64,000 nucleotides of DNA from Camelus ferus (taxonomy: Eukaryota): assembly GCF_009834535.1 (NCBI RefSeq), contig NC_045697.1:103294001-103358000 (forward strand), written 5' to 3'. Of this stretch, positions 36,541 through 49,595 are shown piece by piece. Position 1 is the stretch's first letter. Each line of letters opens with the position of its first letter. Position numbers and translations under genes: made by a program. The notes beneath the pieces were generated by a model. It made no database searches, was not told where the DNA came from, and saw nothing but the letters and a program-made list of their open reading frames with translations.

Positions 36541-38937
36541 TTTGTTTTGTTTTTTTTTCCCCTGATCACACAGTTTGAGATCTTCATCTACAGGCTATCC
36601 TGCCCCTACTTCAGAGGCAGGATTCCTTTTTAAAAATCTATCCATATTTGTCGTCTCTGCTGTGCACACAGCAGAGAATACCTATTTACAAGGCCACAGC
36701 CATCATATCTCGATGTAGACTATGTTTTCAAAATTTAGCAACATTTAAGTGTGTTTAATCAAAATAAATTATGAATTTTTTGATTAAAGCAAAAAAAACA
36801 GGCACATCAAATAAAAAAGAAAACACACACCATCTGATGAAATTAAACTTGCATGAGCTCTTCTCACACTTGACTTCTCAAAAGCTCAACAGGTTAGGAC
36901 ACTATGAGGCTGAATAAAGTAGTAATTTCACACAGCTGTTTTATTGTACTGGTTATTGATTTGTTCTGAAAGCTTTCTAAGACCTCACGACCCGCAGAGC
37001 CCTGGCCGCTCGCATCAGTATCACTGTCATGGCCGACCGTCTGTACCATCAAGGCACCAACTCATCTCCCTGGAGTTTCAGGGTCAGTAGTTCCTGCTAT
37101 TGAAAAACCCAGCTTTTTTTTTCCCCATGAGTTTATAAATAGGTTGTTTTAAGTGACCCTGAGTAGAAACCAGGCTTACAAGGTGTCAGGCCAGATGCAA
37201 GTGTTCTGCTCACTGAAGCTTTAAATTTGCCAGACTTGATTTCCAAACACAGTGTAAGGAAGTAGTAACGAAAACAAATTTTAGTTTTAAAGGTGTCTCT
37301 TTGGAAGTCTCATCCTGCTGCTGAAATCCACTTTGCAGGTGTGAAATATACAAGATTTTACTTTGGGAAGAGGTGACAGAGGATGAGGGGAGTGTAAGTA
37401 AAAAACTACGTCGGCTCAGTAAAATTCAACGGACCAGAACCCCTGGTTAAATGGATTCTGAAGATGAAGGCTGTGCTACTCCCAGGAGAAAAAGGCAAAT
37501 GGTAGAAAATAAATTTACAGTGGTTTTAATTTTTTTTTTTTAATTTTCCAAGCTCTTTCCTAAAGTCAGTGGAGGTTCTGTTTGATCGCACTTTTTTAGA
37601 ACTACAATTCTAAACAGTGATTACTGATCTATTCAGAAGGATGAGACTACAAGATTTTTTTAAAAAGAGTAAATAGCACAATTATGTAAATACACTATAC
37701 TTCTTATGGCAGGAAAATTAACATTTTATAATGTCAACAGCCAGACAATGTTGCAAATATCAGTGAAAATGATTGTTATTATTAAGGTATTCAGTGATAG
37801 TTAATGAAATTAAATAACCACCATTGAACAATTCTGTGTCAGATCCTTTGCTAATATCACCTCCTTAAATATTAATAACTCTTCCAGATGAACATAGTTG
37901 TTCCCATTAAGCAGGTGAGAAAACTGAGTTTAAAGACTCATTTGCTCACGGCCACTTAGCTAGTAAGTTGCACAATAAATGCAGACCTATCAAATTCAAC
38001 AGCCTGTGTCCTTTAAAAAATTTTTTAAAAATCACTTTACTGATACATAATTCCCATATCATGAAATTCACCTAATTTAATGTATACAATTCAATGGTTT
38101 TTAGTATATTCCAGAAGCTCACGCTCTTTTGATCTCATGAGTTTTCTCCTTGAATTTCAGACGAAACCCTCAGTACTAACAGGGTCTACTAAAAAGACTG
38201 CTAGATGACTAGGTTTTCCCCAGCTCATGTAAGAGTGACACATAGTCTGGTCAATTCCCTATATGCTCATTACAGGCACAAGCCCTCCAATTGCTCCTAA
38301 GAGCACATTGGGGACAATGCCTTTAGATGTTTGCTAAGTGTGATCCTGGGAATTATGACAGCCCAAACACTGACAGCCTCGGGAGGACTCAGTCTTGCCA
38401 GGAATGGCCCCCAAGCCTCCCACGGGGTGTATATTAAAGCCCAGGTGTCTTTCAGTGTCCTCAGCCTGCCTACAAGATGTCCCTGGTTTGTAAACTGAAG
38501 GGCGAAGCAACAGCAGAAGAGGGCATTCCCTCCAGGAAGGGGAGCAGGTCCAGCAGCCCTTTGGGTACCTGTCCCCCCCTGCTTCCTGCCCTCCCCCATC
38601 TTTTTGTCCGAGTGCCCCAAAATCCATCCCCATGCAAGGCCTGGGGAGGCTGCTGCTTCCCAACAGAAAAGGATGTTCTACGTTATATCTATTGTAGTTT
38701 GAAGCTTCTCGCTGCCTTTAAGTTCTGCGCTGTGAAATGCACATGAAGACACCTACAAGGAGATCCCTTTCCATGTGCCTCATCCGCACTGCATTCTGCC
38801 TTTCAACACTGAGCACTGCCATCCACAGGCTCCACCCATGGCCCCACTCCTGCCTTGAAGGCTCTGGCACGGGGGACCATGCGCAAGGGCCCTGGCTGTG
38901 CCCGCGTCTGTGGGAGCCCCGTCCGCAGGTGGCTTAC

Positions 38938-39110
38938 CTTCATGTGGGATTTGAGATTGTCCTTGCGAGCACACCGGAATGGACAGAGCGGACACTGATG
39001 ACTTTTTAAACCTGTGTGTATCACCATGTGCCGCTTCCAGTAACTCTTCCTTTTTATAACCAAACCACATATGGGACACTGGAAAGGCTTTCCGCTTTCC
39101 TCTTCTGAGG
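38938..39110 (-). CDS. ZNF827: ZNF827 coding exon (probable exon 3), 173 nt, phase 1-0; C2H2 finger 1 and most of finger 2
   Basis: Lies within ORF 38803..39165(-). Acceptor ctttccttcttcgaag|CCTCAGAAG; donor ATGAAG|gtaagc. Encodes ASEEESGKPFQCPICGLVIKRKSYWKRHMVIHTGLKSHQCPLCPFRCARKDNLKSHMK. The frame joins the upstream exon (G|CC = Ala). Confidence 0.95.
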
Positions 39111-39205
39111 CTTCGAAGAAGGAAAGAGACAGGAAAATTAAGGAAAACAAAAAGGTACATTGCATCCAGCACTAATACACATGCATCACTCTATAAAGAA
39201 CACTA

Positions 39206-39226
39206 ATGGATAAAGAGGATGTGGTA

Positions 39227-39288
<62 letters not shown>

Positions 39289-39736
39289 TATGCACACAAT
39301 GGAATACTACTCGGCCATAAAAAATAATAAAACAATGCCATTTGCAGCAACATGGATGGACCTAGAGATCATCATAGTAAGTGAAGTAAGTCAGACAGAG
39401 AAAGAAAAATACCATATGATATCACTTACGTGTGGAACCAAAAAAAAAAAAAGACACAAAGACACAAGTGAACTTATTTACAAACTTTTGATTACCAGGG
39501 GGAAAGGGGGTGGGGAGGGATAAACTGGGAGTTTGAGATTTGCAGATACACACTACTGTATATAAAATAGATAAACAACAAGGTCCTACTGTATAGTACA
39601 GGGAACTATATTCAATATCTTGTAATGGCTTATAATGAAAAAGAAGATGAAAAGGAATATATATATAACTGAATCAATCTGTTGTACACCAGAAATTAAC
39701 ACAACATTATAAATCAACTATACTTCAATTAAAAAA
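39206..39736 (+). mobile_element. 5'-truncated L1 3' end with internal (TG)/(TA)/(CA) microsatellite
   Basis: ORF-track peptide ...[47 protein letters not shown] is the L1 ORF2 end, followed by the 3' UTR and polyA. Imperfect TSD aaagaacactaatg / aaaggacagtaatg. Confidence 0.88.
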
Positions 39737-40629
39737 AAAGGACAGTAATGATGACTTGGGTTTTTTGTTTGTTTGTTTGTTTGATCAGCCATTCCAAGGC
39801 TTTATCCATGAGGAAGCTTTATTACCACTTTTCTTTAGGTAGAAACCCACATTCATCTCATTACTTCCATCCAGGTTCCGTTTTCCAAGATCTGAGCATC
39901 CCCCTCTTGCGAAAGTCCTGCTTCCAGGGACCATCCCACACTTCAGAAGGTATCTGTCCTGCCTCAGCCCAGAGAAGCCTGACTTCAGGGGCTGTATTTC
40001 CTGAAGGAAACTGCCAGACTCTAGCTCATATCTGAGTTCCCGAACTTGGAAAACAGCAAGAAATAAAGACAAATGAAGTGGGACGGAGCATAACACCACA
40101 CTGAAAACCAAAGAGCCATCGTAAACCTCACACGCTGAACTCCGATGGAGACACATTTCAGGGTCCCCCTGCTGACTCGTTTAGTTACGGCTGGAGCAGG
40201 TGCCGCTGCCAATTTGGCCATCAGGGGGTGTCCAGGTCAGGGGTTTTCACCCTCTTTAATTCTGTCCTTCTAGTGGCCACCAAGATGTGCTGCCTTCCCT
40301 GGCACTACGGCTTGGCCCCGCCGCCCACTCTGGGAAGAGCTACAAACAGGCAGCCGCAAGTGCTTCCTTTTTTTTAAGGGTGGCAAGCAAACCAACTAAT
40401 CCTCCAAGGAAAGCTAAGATCACTCTCTCCTCCATCCTATCACCAAGGGAAGGGTGTCTGTTGTGACACTCTGTTGCTACCCGTCTGACCCATCAATTTA
40501 TATCACTCAGGACCACACTAGCCCCTGCAATCTGGGGATACAAGAAATAAAGACGAGTAGAGTTAAGGACTCAGACTCTCCAATCTTAATCATGGGGGAT
40601 CAGAAACATTTCCAAACTGCTTAAGTCGT

Positions 40630-41690
40630 AATATGTCCATAAAATGAAAGAAGCCATTTTAAAAAATGAACTAGATCTACAGATGCTGATACAGAAATAT
40701 GTCCAGGGTGTTAGAGCTAGCGGGTAGAGCAAGAATGGAAACTAGCTGTCTAGGGGGTTCTATTTTTGTTTTCTCAAAAATAGGAATCACTTGCTGCTCA
40801 CACCACTGGGTGTAAGGTTGACAGGTGACTTTATAAAGGATGAAGCAAGCTGACAACACCTAAAACTGCTACTCAACTTCAACATCACTAAAAATGGGAC
40901 AGACAGTGTGTATCCTCTGATAATCCATCTAGGAAATAGTCTTACAAAACATGTAATCAGGCTTGTTTACAACTAGCAGTTTACTGGAAATACAGGTGAT
41001 TTTTTAAAAAAAAATATTAAACACAACAAAAGGGATGGAATCAGCCTCATTCAGAATGTGGGACATTCTATAGGACAGATGACCCAGTTTCTTCAACAAG
41101 TAAATGGCATTTTAGAAAGGGAAGAGGCGACAGATGAAAAGACACTTAGAGACACATAAAGCAAGTGCAAGGTGTGAAGCGTATTTTGATCCTGATTTGA
41201 ACAAGGCAATTATAAAAAGCCACTTTTGGGATAATTGAGAAAAATACTGATTTTAGCCTGGGTGTCCCATAATACCACGTCACAATTGCTGGTCCTGTTA
41301 AACGCGATAATGGTTAATGCGGCCATTTGTTTAAATTAAAGTCCGTGTGTTTGTGTGTGTGTGTGTGTATATATATATGTATATATATATATAAATATTT
41401 ACAAGCAAATGAATATGAGGTCTGGGATTTGCTTTTAAATACTTAAGCAAAAAAAAAAAAAAAAAAAAGAAAGGAATAGGAAGAATGAGATGAATAAATG
41501 AAACCAAAACAGATCTTTTCATCTGTATGAAAATCGTCTAGGAGCGTACCCAAGAAACCATTAAGCAGTTAATTTTAAAGAACTGTGGGTTAAACAGAAG
41601 GGGTCATGGTAGGAAACTTTTGTTTTCATTTTACATTTTTACTATTTGAATTTTTCAATATATACATTACTTTTATCATTTTAAATGGAA
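40630..41690 (+). mobile_element. Old degenerate L1 (L1MC/L1ME-like) 3' sequence
   Basis: cagaatgtgggacattctataggac...ccagtttcttcaacaagtaaatggca...gatcctgatttgaacaa...gtctgggatttgcttttaaatact resemble the L1MC 3' UTR. Confidence 0.55.
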
Positions 41691-44600
41691 ATATTCTGAA
41701 GTGTAAACTTTAACACAATCTTATTATTTTTTCATTGAGTCAATGGAGTCTCCACGTGCAAAGAACCACTTAAAACGGAGGGACCCCAGAAGGGTTCGGG
41801 AAGAGAGTCAGGGCCTTCCAAGGACGCCCGTTTTACGTTTAGCACACTGCTTATCGGTGTAAGCACTGCTGGTTAGCTCAACGCAGCAACTTGAAAAAGA
41901 ATCCTCTATCTTAAAAATACACCCTTCAAGTCTGGAAATTCTCCTGAGATGTGTTCCATTACAAGCATTTCCTTCTCTGATTGGGGGTGGGCTGGGGGTG
42001 GAGGGTTTCCTTTCCCTTCTGCTCTAGGAAAGGCACCAGAGCCTTGACCCACCAGAGCCTTCCTGCTGCCTCTGCTGACCTGGAGTCCGGTCCCTAACTT
42101 GGCCTCTCATTTCCTATCCTTCATTGTCATTCCCTCCACTCTGATAACTTGATCGCAAGGACAACAGGTTGAACAACAGATTTGAGAGAAAAGACTGAAT
42201 CCAGCCCCTCAGTGAGATTCTTGTCATAAGCCAGAGGGGAGAAAATCATAATGACGTCTTTTGGGGGCTGTAAGAACATGAAAGTAGTAAGAAAGAGATG
42301 CACAAACAGGCTGCCACTAATCTCCATCTTCAGGAAGTATTTCCCACCGTCTAACCCCTAAACTGCCTAATTTTACACAATGGTCTGGGAGAGGAGAGGA
42401 AAACTTAGATGTCCTCCACTGACCTGAGATTTCACAGCACATCACAGAAAGGCAGTAAAAGGGCATTTACTGATGAAAGGAACATTGCTGGCTTCCCCTA
42501 ACACCTTGTTTTGCCTAACGTGACCAACATGCTTCCTATTTTTTCTGACACCGCCCCCAGCCCCCACCCCAATCACCTCTTCTACATTGCAAATGTGTCC
42601 CAGACTCCACTACATTAAACCCTGCATATTCGAATTTCATATAAATCTGTTTTATTTGGGATCTACGCTTCCTTAGCTTTAATTAATATCAAAATATACA
42701 TGAATCATGTACCAATTAAGGTGTCCTTGGATTGACTGGGGAAAAAATGACAATACTCATAATGTAGAGAAACTAAACCGCAAGAGATGAGGTCAAATAG
42801 CTGAACTACAGTAACTATTTGACATTTTTAACTGATCACTGCAGGAAAGGAAGACACAAGCCAAATGATAAACGTAACCAGAATGCAACGATAGAGTTTA
42901 AAAGCTGGCCAACAATTTTCCGTGGTAATGTCTGCATTTTTATTTATTTAAAAAATTCACAGTTTACTAGGATGCCCTCCATGCATATAGGATGTTGTTA
43001 ACTATTTTAGAGAAAGGAGGAAGTAAGGATGTATTCTATTTTGTATGCCAAAGTATTTTCAAGGAACTGCACATTCTTAAGGCAACAGGATTGAAATGTT
43101 CATAATTTTATTGGTTGACAACTGTCCGAGGAACCACCTCCCCTAAACACACCACTAGTTAGTATCTCTGCAAACAAAACTAAATTCCACCAAATGCTAC
43201 CAGACCCAGTGGGATGGATAGCTGCTAATTGGCTCCTTTGGAGAAAAACATGTTCTCTTTATAGGCAATAATGTTACTGGAATACAAGAGATAATAAATG
43301 CATGTACAATGCCTGCCATGCTGTAGATGGAAGCTGTTGGTAGTAGCTGTCGTAGTAATAGTCGTGACAATAAACTCTGGTCATACCCTCCAAAGCAGAA
43401 AACTTACCATCGGAGCAGACGTAAATGTAAACAATTGACACCACATAATAAATATGCAGCTTGGGACCTGGCCCAGCACGGCAGGTTGTTACTGGAGCCA
43501 AGAGGAAATAAACTTCAGCAGGAATCCACCGTGCTGTTCAGGTAGGTCCAGCTCAGCCTATGCAGAACTCTGATGGCCAATTTCAGCTCGGCAGGGAAAA
43601 GAGAAAGACGGGAAAGATGGAAGGGGGAAGGAAGAAGAGGGTGGAGGTGGGAACTGGCTGAGGCAGGGCTGGAAGTCCTCACCATGTGTCTCCAGCACCC
43701 AAAACCATGTGGAGACAAAGTATAATCCAGTAATTATGTGTTGGACTGTAATGAGATTAAGAGGAAAGACTGGGTCAAGAGAGTATGAAACAAGGGCTAG
43801 AAATGGAAGGAAAAGGTACAGGAAGCTGCCATAGGTCCCAGCAGAAGTAGCGTTAACCCGAAAGCACACGCCTTTCACACACAATTCTGATACACACCTT
43901 AAAAGAATGGGTATGTAAACCATGATGATCACATACTCATAGAGACGTTCACAGACTCATACCTCACTTACTTCCAGAGCGAATTTTGGAGCAGCTTATA
44001 TTAAAAGTGCATGCAGTGTGACTACCTCATTAATAAAGCACTACGACCTGTATCAAGCTATTTACAATGGACGGGATCTGCCCAAGGGAGAGAGATGGTC
44101 TTCAGGTTTGATAGTGAATTTTAAGAAGCAACGTTTTAATTTAAAAATAGAGGGGGGAAAAAGGTTTCCTTTGAGTTGATAGACAAATAGAGTTAAAGAA
44201 AGTGAAAGGGAGGAATTATAAAGCAAGGAAGAATCTAGGAGCTAATTCCCCACCAGCTCAGCGTACAATTGAGAAAACTGAACTGAGCTGTGTGCTTAAC
44301 AGTCCCTCTGCTCATTAGAGGCAGGGTGGGGACTGCAGCCAATCTCCTCACTTCCGGTTGGTCCTCTACCCTACTGTCTGTATATAAATCCACCAAACAA
44401 CAACAAAACTTCACTGAGCTAAAAAAAAAAAAAAAGTCATGGAGGGTTTTAAGTAAATTGCTGTAACTCAAGGTAGGCATTTTTTTAAACAAATGTAATT
44501 GTTTTGAGGGCTGTGAAATCAAACTTTGCCTTGTCAGATCATAGGTGGCAATTTGCAGAAAACCGAGACAATCTGCAAGTGGGTAGTTTCTGCAACCAGA

Positions 44601-47600
44601 CCTTTCCACACACACTGAAGGAGTGTGATGCCACGTGGTCCTCAGTGTGCATCATCCGTGCACCCTCACTGTCCCCTCTCTGGGACTGCCCATCTACTAG
44701 TGCGTCTCTGTGTAGGATGAGCCATGGTTCTTCCTAACAATATACATGGATTCAGTATCTTTTCATGGAATTTCTTGGGAAACAAAAAAACTACGTTGGC
44801 AATGGATGTCACTGGGTCTGCCTGCTGTTACTGACACTGATATAACAAATGCATATTTTAGCAACTCAATAAAACGAAGAGAGAAGTCTGGTATTTAGAG
44901 GTAGTCTAAGTTTAAATCACCAGGGAAATAAAGCTGAGATCACCAACAGATAGTTCTGAATCTTGATTATTTAAGATCAAGTGAATGTTCTGAGGAAGCC
45001 CTGTACGTGCTCATTCCCAGGTTATGGCTCTAATATGATGGACCTAATGAGTGTCCGAAGAGGTGACCTCACTTGCTGGACTTTCTATGCTTTTGCAATA
45101 ATATTAATAACATCCCATAATAGGAATGAAAACAGCAGCCAGAAAACCCTATCTATTGACCCAGGAAATACTCTTAGCTCTCGGCCGTATAAGACCAGCT
45201 TGCTTCAAAACATATTTACATTTTATTCAGGAGAATAAGATGCTTTGGAGACACTCCGTCGGAAGCTCTCTTTGTTATTTCTTTTAACCAGGAGCCTGGC
45301 ATCGGGGGCTCTTGTTGGCCTTCTACAAGAAACTTTGTCTTTAAAATAAAAACCGCTTATTTTATTCTGAGCTGCAACAGAACAGTAGCTTCAAAGAGAA
45401 CTGAGTCAATGTGTGACATTTATCTTTAGAGCGAACGGACAGCATCCTCTCTCTACTGTGTCCCCTTTCAGAGGAGCAGTGTCGCATGTGCTGGGGCGCA
45501 GGGTCACATGAAAGAAACCTCCCCCCCCAATGTCACCTCTCTCTTGCAGGGGGAAAGGCTCTCCAGTGGTGGACCCTCTAAGGAATTAAATACGCCATGA
45601 CCCGGCACCAACCGAATCCTGTTCAAAAAAGACGAATAAGGCCAAATCTAAAAGACACTCTTTTTTTTTTTTTTTTCTAATGGTTTGCACTTCCCTTGAC
45701 CTAAAGAAGGTCAAAGAAACGCTGGTGTCTAAATGACTCAATACGGGACTGGCTTTTCTAGCACATCTCGCTTTGTAACTCTAAAATCAACTTTAAATGT
45801 CCTTTTTGCCACATTTTGAGGAAGAGCTTTAAAATGTAAGCCCGACTTGAAATCAGGATGGTGTGTACTTTATTTTGGTGGATTTCTTTTTTTGGGGGAC
45901 GGGGGGCTATTACTTGTTTATTTAAGTCATAAGGCAACAGAAGCCCTTTCCTCTACTGTGAGAAGCCAGTCTACCTACCTATTTTTGAATTAAACTAAGA
46001 TTTCTCTCTAAGGAAAGGAGAAAAAAAGAGAGAGAAACGTTTAGAAACATGGGTGAGAGCTCACACTGCATTCCCATAATGCTTTTTAGGTAAAGCCAGA
46101 TCCAGCCCCCAGGTTGCCCTGAAACCAGTAGTACATAGAAGGGGAGGGGAGGTGGCAGACAGAGAAGACCCACCTTCTCTTCCACTCCTCAGATTTAAAA
46201 ACCAGTGGTCCAAGTAACACCAATCAAATCATCTCTCCATGACACAAAGATGAACAGCAAAATCAGATACTCTATCAACTTCTAAACCCATAAACTAGTT
46301 GGGATGCTGGGAAGCGATGACGTTCATTGTCGGTGAAACGTGCGCAGAGGCAGCACCCCCTTCTCCTAGTTCCAATCCACGCAATAAGAAACAGAACTTG
46401 AATTTAGGAGGCGCCCACAGAGGCACACGGAACATCCTTCAAAGGGTCACCTCAAGAGCCCTCGTGCTTTTCTTGGCAGCGATCTTGCCTCTAGCATGAG
46501 TTTTACAAAATGAATGATTTTTTAATGCAATTGCTCCATCAATGGAGCTGCTTCACCACGTCTTGGATTGTAAAGAGAAATATGTGGAAAATAGGAGGCG
46601 TAGGTCCCTGTCAGTCGGCAAGGTGGGGTGGGCAGAGCCCCATCTAAGAAGTTCATTCCCTCTAGTGAGACACTGACACGGACTAAGCACATTCAAACCA
46701 AAAAGGGGGCACATCTTGTCCCTGGGATGTAGACCCTACAACAAAATAGACAAATAGTTTACCCCACCCTGGAAGCTCTTGACTGCTCTCTCCTCTTCAC
46801 ATGCAGCTGGTCATTTAAGTGAAAAGATTACACTTCATAACTATTGCTGGTTATGCCCAAGACACTTGAAAAAGACAAAGCCACTACAGTCTGCCTTCCG
46901 GAGACAGTTTGATCAGTTCCCTCTTTCCAAGTCTTCAGTCCACTAAAGTCCATTATTAATTTTGTATAAGCTTTTCCAAGTAACTAACTCTCCAGGTGAA
47001 TTTACAGTATAAACACCATTAATATACAGTTACTTAATAAGCAGATGGAGAATATTTATAAAGTTACATTTTATGTATATAGCCCTCTCTCCCTTTCTGC
47101 TGGTACCCCTAAATGAAATCTCTACAAACCAGGAGTGATTTATTCCCTTGCAGTATTAGTCCGCTCCCTCCACTTGTCTCCTTGTTTCCTAATTTTAGCC
47201 ATTTCTCTCTTTATTTCACCAGAAGGCAGGTGAGAAGTGAAACTCAGAATTGATAAACATTTCAGGGTTTTATTGACACTTCAGAAACCCTGGAGTGAGC
47301 GTTTTGGATCGCTTAAGGAATCGTAAAAGTTCCAGATATCCATTTTCCTAGTTCTGTTCTGCTGTTTACACAAGTTATGTAGTAATTGTAATGAGTGCAC
47401 AGAGCTCACTCAGCAATTTAGATGGAAATCTGTCATGAATGCCTCAGACTGATGTTAGCTGCGATCATTCAGTCAGTTACTTGCCATTCTAAGCCCTCAT
47501 CATCAATACGGCTGCAGACAATCAAAAGCTGGTTAGACACACCCAATGGCAGTGTTTATACTGATGAGGACACACATGGCCCACTTCCTGTCCCGGTCTG

Positions 47601-48542
47601 GCAGGATATCCTCAAAAGATATCTGAAATTCCATACATCCATCTCTGGGACACTGCCTTTATCACCGGCACCGTTTAAAACAAACCAGTACAAGAAACGA
47701 TGTTTCCACTGTGAGAACTCAAGTGACTAAGTTTCTCCCTCAGATGGATAACTGCGAATGTCAAGGCTCTATACGACAGCCACTTCTCCTTCGGAAAGAC
47801 CATCTCCACAAGAAAAACCCATGATTCACATTTTCCACATGTGCATTCCTTGAGAAACTAGTTGGATTGGAATAAAATAGAGCATTTGCAGGAAATGCTT
47901 TGATTATGTCTGAATGACAATATTCTTTAGAGTTCTTGGAGGACGAGGAATTATAGAAGAACAGGCCAAGTAAAGAAGGCTTAAATTCCACCCCCCCCAA
48001 AAAAGTAATAAAAATGCTAACGTAAAAGTATACAGTGTGCTAAATTAAGGCAGAGTAGTGACTGATGACACAGAAGTCCTTTTGTGAGGGACACAGTAGA
48101 ACGGTAAGCTCTCTCTTGTCAACTGTTTCAAAAGCAGTGAGTTCTTTCCCCTCTCTGCTCAGTGATGCCATGCACTCCATGACAATGATGCTTTGATCTT
48201 CCCCCATTAAACAGATCTTGTATGGACCTAGCCTGAACCTGGTAAGGAAAAAAACCCCCTCATTTATCTGAAAGGGAGGAGTACTGCATGTCTCTAAGAT
48301 TATTCATCACCTTTCAAAAATAAAGCTATTGGTGAAGTCTTTGTGTCATACCTACATGAAGGACCCCTACGCTGCTTACTGGAAGTATTCTGTTGTGTGC
48401 CTGCTTTTTTATTCCTGCCTCAGATCAGATGGGCAACCCAAGCGAAGCAGGCAATGAAAAAGACATCACCACTGACAGGCAAAAAGACATCGCAACGGAC
48501 AGGCCAAGACTCGCGTGATGATGGAAATGAAAGAATCCATAC

Positions 48543-49595
48543 CTGAGTTGGAGGGTTTAGAAACTCTTCCCTTGGGAACCGGGAGTAACAATAATTCCAA
48601 GGACTGTGGCGGTGGCGGCGGAGGGGGTGGAGGTGGCGGCGGAGGTGGCGGGGTTACTTTTTCTTGCTTCTTCTCTGAAGGCGGTGGCGGTAGAGGGTCC
48701 TCAGGCACCAGTGATGATTTCTCAGCCAGAAGGGTCCCGGCAGCCCTTGCTGCGACCTCTTTCAGTAGGGCCGCCGAGGAGGTCATAGAAGCCAAGGAAA
48801 GGAAAGAGCTGGCCGGGGGCGGGTGTTCCTGGCCAGGAGTCAAGCTTCTCTCACTGACTTTCTTGGATAAAGCTGCCAGGGTGGAACTGGCAGACTGGGA
48901 GCTGAAAGGGGAGGAAAAGGACTCAAAGCGCATGGTCTCCTCCGTCCTGGTGAGAGATTTGTCCTGCAGAACTGCGTTGGCTGCAGCTTTCAGTTTTAGG
49001 ATGGCTGAATCCGGGGACAAGCCGCAGGTGGTGGTTGAGTTTGGCAACCACTTACCTTGGTTCCATATAAAACGGTTACTTGGAGTGTATTGGTCATTCT
49101 GTTCCTGCTTCTCGGCCAGCTTCCTGGCCAGCACGCTGAGCTGCTGGGCATGGTGGGACGGTGGGGAGAAGGAGAGATTGGAGCCAGCATTCACCGGAGA
49201 CTCCACCCTGCCGTTGGCCGTGGCTGGGGCATCGAGTTTGAGGGACCCAGCCTCCAGCAGCCGCCTCAAGTTGCTGCTCAATGGCTTCGCGGAGCCTGGG
49301 GGGTCCTCGTCACACAGAGAAGACGCGCCCGGGGAGAGGTGATCTTGACAATGCAGTGGGTCTCGGAGGACCTCCCCGTCGAGCGCCACCAGCTCCAGCG
49401 TGTGGCTGCTGGGAGTGGCGCTTCCCAAGGAGGTGTCGGGGGAAGTGGACTGCTCCTGGATCCGGTCCTCCAGAGACAGCTTATAGTTCTCCTGGACTTC
49501 TCCATAGGATGCTTCCGACGGAGTCTCTGAAGAGTTCCCATACCAGTGCTCTCCTTCACTGAGCTCTCCCTCCGCCTCTTCCTGCCTACTAACAT
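48543..49595 (-). CDS. ZNF827: ZNF827 large coding exon (probable exon 2), 1053 nt, phase 1-1; Ser/Pro-rich N-terminal region with poly-Pro
   Basis: Lies within ORF 48466..49677(-). Acceptor ttcccccag|ATGTTAGTAGG (AG at 49597-49596); donor AACTCAG|gtatgg (GT at 48542-48541). Translation runs VSRQEEAEG...KGRVSKPSNS. Confidence 0.95.
48607..48651 (-). repeat. ZNF827: Coding poly-proline tract (15 Pro, mixed CCN codons)
   Basis: 15 consecutive CCN codons between KVT and QS, counted directly from the sequence. Confidence 0.95.

Noticed and set aside
48515..49342. 275-aa plus-strand ORF with poly-Gly (also ORFs 32806-33177 and 15475-15663)
   Set aside because: These are antisense shadows in codon register with ZNF827 exons; the poly-Gly mirrors the poly-Pro. 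There is no independent evidence of coding.
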